Positions 59,991 to 64,000 of a stretch of DNA of 64,000 nucleotides are shown here, piece after piece. Both the position numbers and the translations under genes were made by a program. How positions within the stretch are numbered: position 1 is the stretch's first letter; every line of letters begins with the position of its first letter. Source of the DNA: Protoeuglena noctilucae (lineage: Eukaryota); contig OY253669.1 in the NCBI GenBank assembly GCA_958009085.1, positions 682,001-746,000 of the forward strand, in the 5' to 3' direction. The notes below the pieces were generated by a model that had not been told where the DNA came from, made no database searches, and was given only the letters and a program-made list of their open reading frames with translations.

Positions 59991-61826
59991 ATGCCGGGTC
60001 CATGGCGGGAGTGGCTGGAGGGGGAACTCGCTCGATGGAGCTCACAGGGACTGATGGTGCGGGCAGCACGAATGCGCACGGCACCCGCGAGGCGCCGCCC
60101 GGTGGCGTGCGCCAGCGCTGTGCGGCTGCAGCTGACAGTCGTCCTGCACGTCTGGGGCATCCATCCGGGCGCAGGCCGCCGAGAGGGCGCCACGACTAGG
60201 ACGTGCCATCCACCTTCCCTCCCTCCTCGCGCAGAGACGCTTGCACCTGATGCATCTGTCAGAGCGACCAACGGCCGTGACAATATCGCGGGAGGAGCTG
60301 CTCGCGTGGCTGGCGGAGCTGGACGGCACGGGACGCCCCTCGACCTCCCAGGCACCGCTCGACGTGGAGCCCGCGGCGCTGACGCTCTTCAGCACGAACG
60401 ACTACCTGGGCCTCTCTTCTCATCCTGCCGTCCAGGCCGCCTACGGCTCGTCGGGGGCTGCGCACGGATCGGGGACGCGGTCCTCTGCAATCGTATCTGG
60501 CTACTCGGCCGCGCACCGGGAGCTGGAGGTGGCCCTCGCGACGTTAAAGGGCGCGGAGGACTGCCTACTTTTTCCCACGGGCTTCGCGGCGAACCTGGCC
60601 GCGGTCTCTGCTTGCATGGCCGGGGGCGACTGCGTGGTGCTTTCGGACGAGCTCAACCACGCGTCCATCATCGATGGCGCCCGCCTCGGGTCCCGCGCGG
60701 GCGCGGAGGCCAAGGTGTATCGCCACAACGACATGGGCCACCTCGAGGAGTTGCTCAGGTGACTAGCTGCACCACCACGCGTGCCATGCTGCCGAGGGCC
60801 ATGCGCCCCCCTTGTTCACCCGGGTGCCGCTGCGGTCCGCCAGCGCAGGTCGGCGTCGGGGAGTGGGAAGCGGGCGATGGTCGTGACCGACGGCCTCTTC
60901 TCCATGGACGGGGACTTTGCCGACCTCCGGGCCCTGGCGACCCTCAAGCGGCGTTACGGCTTCCTGCTGGCCGTGGACGACGCGCACGCCACGCTCGTGT
61001 GCGGGGAGCGGGGGGCGGGCACCGCGGCCATGCTGGGCGTCGAGGAGAGCGTGGACCTCCACGTCGGGACCCTGAGCAAAGCCGTCGGGTGCCTGGGGGG
61101 CTTCGTGGCGACCACGCGCGGGATGAAGGCGTGGCTGTCGAACCGGGGGAGGGGCTTTGTGTACTCGACGGCGCTGCCCGTGCCCGTGGCCGCAGCTGCC
61201 CAGGCGGCCCTTCGCGTCGGCATGGAGGAGGCGAGTGCGGACGCTGGCCCTGCCGCAGCTGATCCGATGACACGTGCGCGCAGGCAAGAGCGTGACGGAT
61301 GACTCTCTTGCACCGGCCTGCAGGAGTGGAGGCGAGAGCACGTGTGGTCCCTCGTGCGCCGGGTCGGCGAGGGGCTGGGGTGCACGGCATCGTCCCCGAT
61401 TGTGCCGGTCGTTGTGGGGGCCGAGCAGGACGCTCTGGCCATCAGCGGACAGCTATTGAGGGCGGGATTCCACGTGCCGGCGATCCGGCCCCCGACCGTG
61501 CCCAGGTGCCCCTGGCTCTGCTAGAGCTAAGCGCGCCTTGTAAAGCGCTGGCGGTCGCGACACGCTGCGAGCGGGTCCCTCTCGCGCACGCAGAGGCACG
61601 AGCCGGCTGCGAATCTCCCTCTCAGCGGCGCATACGACGGAGGAGGTGGACAGCATGATGCGGTGCGCCCCGCCTCGTGCGCTGCGGCCGCTTCTGTTTG
61701 TGCGAGCCAGTAGCATACGCGAGGCGATGACGTCGAACTCGCCCGCACCACACCCGCAGCGTCCTCAGGGACGGCGTCCAGGGCGTCAGGCTGGGCACAA
61801 CGCCCCAGGTGCCAAGTAAACTGTAG
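59991..61826 (+). CDS. bioF: 8-amino-7-oxononanoate synthase (BioF) with a C-terminal PTS1 (SKL)
   Basis: LFSTNDYLGLSSHP, LLFPTGFAAN, SDELNHASIIDG, VTDGLFSMDGD, VDDAHA, GTLSKA, PAIRPPTVP|RGTSRLRISLSAAHT. The last exon ends VPSKL*. Confidence 0.94.
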
Positions 61827-62498
61827 CTCCGTCTTGACACGTGCATGCATGACTCGGTAGGTACCACAGAGGATGCGAACTCTTTGATTCCCACTTCCCG
61901 CGGATTCGTCGTTCTGGTTTGCCCGCTGGCGTTTCTCTGTTGGCGACCAGAAGCGGTCTGAGAAGGTGCCTTGGCGCCGTGAGGTTGCCGCTCGTGACAG
62001 TTGCTTGCTCTGTAGCGCGAGTGTGGATCGGGATTGCGCCCAACGGAAGGGTGCTTGGCTCACTGGACCCGTTGAACTGCTTTCGCGCCGCACGCATGAA
62101 AACGGGAGAGCGACAGGTATCCCCGTGACTTCCGGGCAGTCCAAGCGTCTTGGCTGCCGCAGCCTGGCCTGGATGGCTGAGAGTGTGCCCTAGACGAGAA
62201 CGAGATGGAGATCAATGTGTGCTCGCCCCCGTTGGGCCCGTGCGCGCGGCGACCGGGAGCACGTCTTCGAAATGCATACATCGGGATGAGGGCTCCGCCT
62301 CTCCGCGCGGCTCGGGGTGAGGGGGCTCGGGGTGGTTGAGCGGCGCGGGCCGAGCAGTCCTGCCTCCCTGGTCGTTGGCCCGCACTCCCGCTCCGCCGGC
62401 TGCGCACCGACGTCTCGCTTGACGTATGCTGTGCAGGAGCCAGCGGCCCGGCCCCCGTCGTCGCCAGCGATGCCCATTCGCAAGCGCGGCTCCAAGCC

Positions 62499-64000
62499 AT
62501 GTTCGATTGGCTCAACTCGCCCCTGGTGAGAGGGCTGCGTCCACGTTCAAGCGCGCGATTTGCATGGTTCGGCCTCTTCTTCGAGCCGGATAGACGCCGA
62601 GGGCCCGCGTCGGCCTCGCAACGCGCAAGGGCAAGGAGATCCCGCTTGCCCCCACAGTTCGCGCGCGCCGCGTCGACAGAGGCGCCCTCCCAGCTCATCG
62701 GGGGCCGGCAGACGCTACAGAAACGCGAGCAGCCGTCGAGATCGCCGGCAGCGCAGCATCGCGGCAACGCGAAGGCGGGGACGAGCGATGCCGCCCGCAT
62801 GGCCGCGGTTGGCGCCCCCGCGCCCTCCGCACGGCCCTCGCACCCCGCGGCGCGTGCGCTCGCTTCGCTGCGGGGCGCGATCACGGCCCGCACGCACGCC
62901 GTCTGGAGCACGGCGCCCGCCGCGGTGCCCACCACGCCGCTGGCCGCGCAGGGGTGGGGCGCCCTGGCCATCTCCGCGGCCCTGGTGGGCAGCTGGGTGC
63001 GCGCAGCGCTGGCGAGCTGGTGGGCCTTCGACGCAGTGCAGCGTCTGTCGGGCCAGCGCATCGCCGGCGAGGCGGCTCTGGCCCAGGACGGCACTTCGTG
63101 GGCCCATGCGGCCCGCGCCAGCCTAGCATCAGCGAGCGCCGCCGCGACGCGGGCCGCGATGACGCTCCTCTCGGCGCTCTTCGGTGTGGGCCCCGCCGTC
63201 GCCGCCGTCGCCGCCGCCCGCGGCCGTGACGCCGCGTCGCGCGAGCGCTGGATGGTGGAGTCGCCGTCGTCGCCGGAGGCACCGCTCGCTCCCCCCGCGC
63301 CCGCCGGGATCTCGCCGGTGGAGCTCAGCCGTCTCCGCGACCGCCTGCGGTCCGAGGAGGCCCGCGTGCAGAAGCTCGTGTCTCAGCTGGCGGCCGAGCG
63401 TGACGTGTCCAACCGGCTGCGGGACAGGCTCGGGGAGGAGCGCTCCCGGCACCTGGAGGAGCGCCGTCTAGTGCTGCAGAACTCCCCGAGCCGCGTCGAG
63501 TTCGACATGCAGGCCGAGACGATTGCGTCGCTGCAGGCGAGCGTCGCGGCCGGGCGATTCCGCTGACAGAACAGTGGCGCCCGCAGGGTCTGAGCCCGCC
63601 GTTCTTTTTGCTAATCGCAGGCAGACTTGGCCCGGGCGAACGCGCTGATCAAGTCGCTGCCCTCCAAAGGCCAGTGGCAGGACGCGCTGCTGCAGATCGA
63701 CAAGCTGAAGGAGGAGCTGACGTCGCTGAAGGCCGAGCTCGTCCGCACGAAGAATGCGCGGGAGCAGGTGCGTGCCATCGCCGGCGCGGGTGGCGGTGCC
63801 GAGGGCACTGAGGGCTGGGTGGCGCGATGGGCGACGGGCGTGGTGTGCCGCTTTCCGCAGGCGGAGCAGGCGCTTCAGGCGGCGAAGCGCTCGGCCCAGG
63901 CGGACCTGGCGGACGTGAAGACCCGTTTGGGCCGGGAGGTGGAGGCGCGCGCGGAGCGGGAGCAGCAGGTGTCTGCGATGGAGGCAACGCACCGGCAGGA
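62499..64000 (+). CDS. Long coiled-coil protein with a hydrophobic Ala-rich N-terminal region, running off the window end
   Basis: ORF from 62499. Heptad-rich ELSRLRDRLRSEEARVQKLVSQLAAE..., continued over introns (GC donor near 63537) as ADLARANALIK...IDKLKEELTSLKAEL. Start uncertain. Confidence 0.6.

Noticed and set aside
220..63992. Hundreds of long overlapping and antisense ORFs in the track
   Set aside because: Expected shadows of high GC and GC3 content. They are Arg/Pro/Ala-rich, carry no motifs and lie opposite or out of frame to recognisable exons.
1..64000. Introner-like repeated introns or transposons
   Set aside because: I saw no near-identical intron copies, terminal inverted repeats or transposase/RT motifs by eye. 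An all-versus-all intron alignment would be needed to exclude diverged families.

Overview
Very GC-rich, gene-dense, intron-rich eukaryotic nuclear DNA. The gene content (an RSP1-type radial spoke protein, transit-peptide-bearing proteins, plant/algal-type WRC fingers) points to a flagellated green alga; the taxon is an inference. Joining the ORF fragments by hand at splice sites gives about 26 spliced protein-coding genes: aromatic amino acid decarboxylase, RSP1, a plant-like photolyase/cryptochrome, CHERP-like, U2B''/U1A, RPS8, ARL2, an R3H protein, bacterial-type glucokinase, a 2-Cys peroxiredoxin-thioredoxin fusion, a KDM5-type JmjC demethylase, homocysteine S-methyltransferase, WD40, a SAM methyltransferase, a RING/RanBP2-finger protein, SF3A2, SART1, ISD11, membrin, an SDR, BioF and several unknowns. 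I found no supportable rRNA, tRNA, CRISPR or transposon. The most notable signals are: (1) about 25 GC-AG introns among roughly 135 inferred introns, nearly all AG|GCRAG; (2) an outsized CHERP intron with an in-frame read-through tail and many decoy 3' splice sites, a possible autoregulatory switch; (3) two head-to-head pairs of spliceosomal genes; (4) four co-directional genes only 51-239 nt apart, a polycistron candidate; (5) unusual fusions (ZNF598-like domain-photolyase, Prx-Trx, KDM5-type with WRC fingers, RING-ZnF with PUF-like motifs). All gene models and family calls come from manual reading and recalled motifs, not database searches. CDS coordinates span introns.
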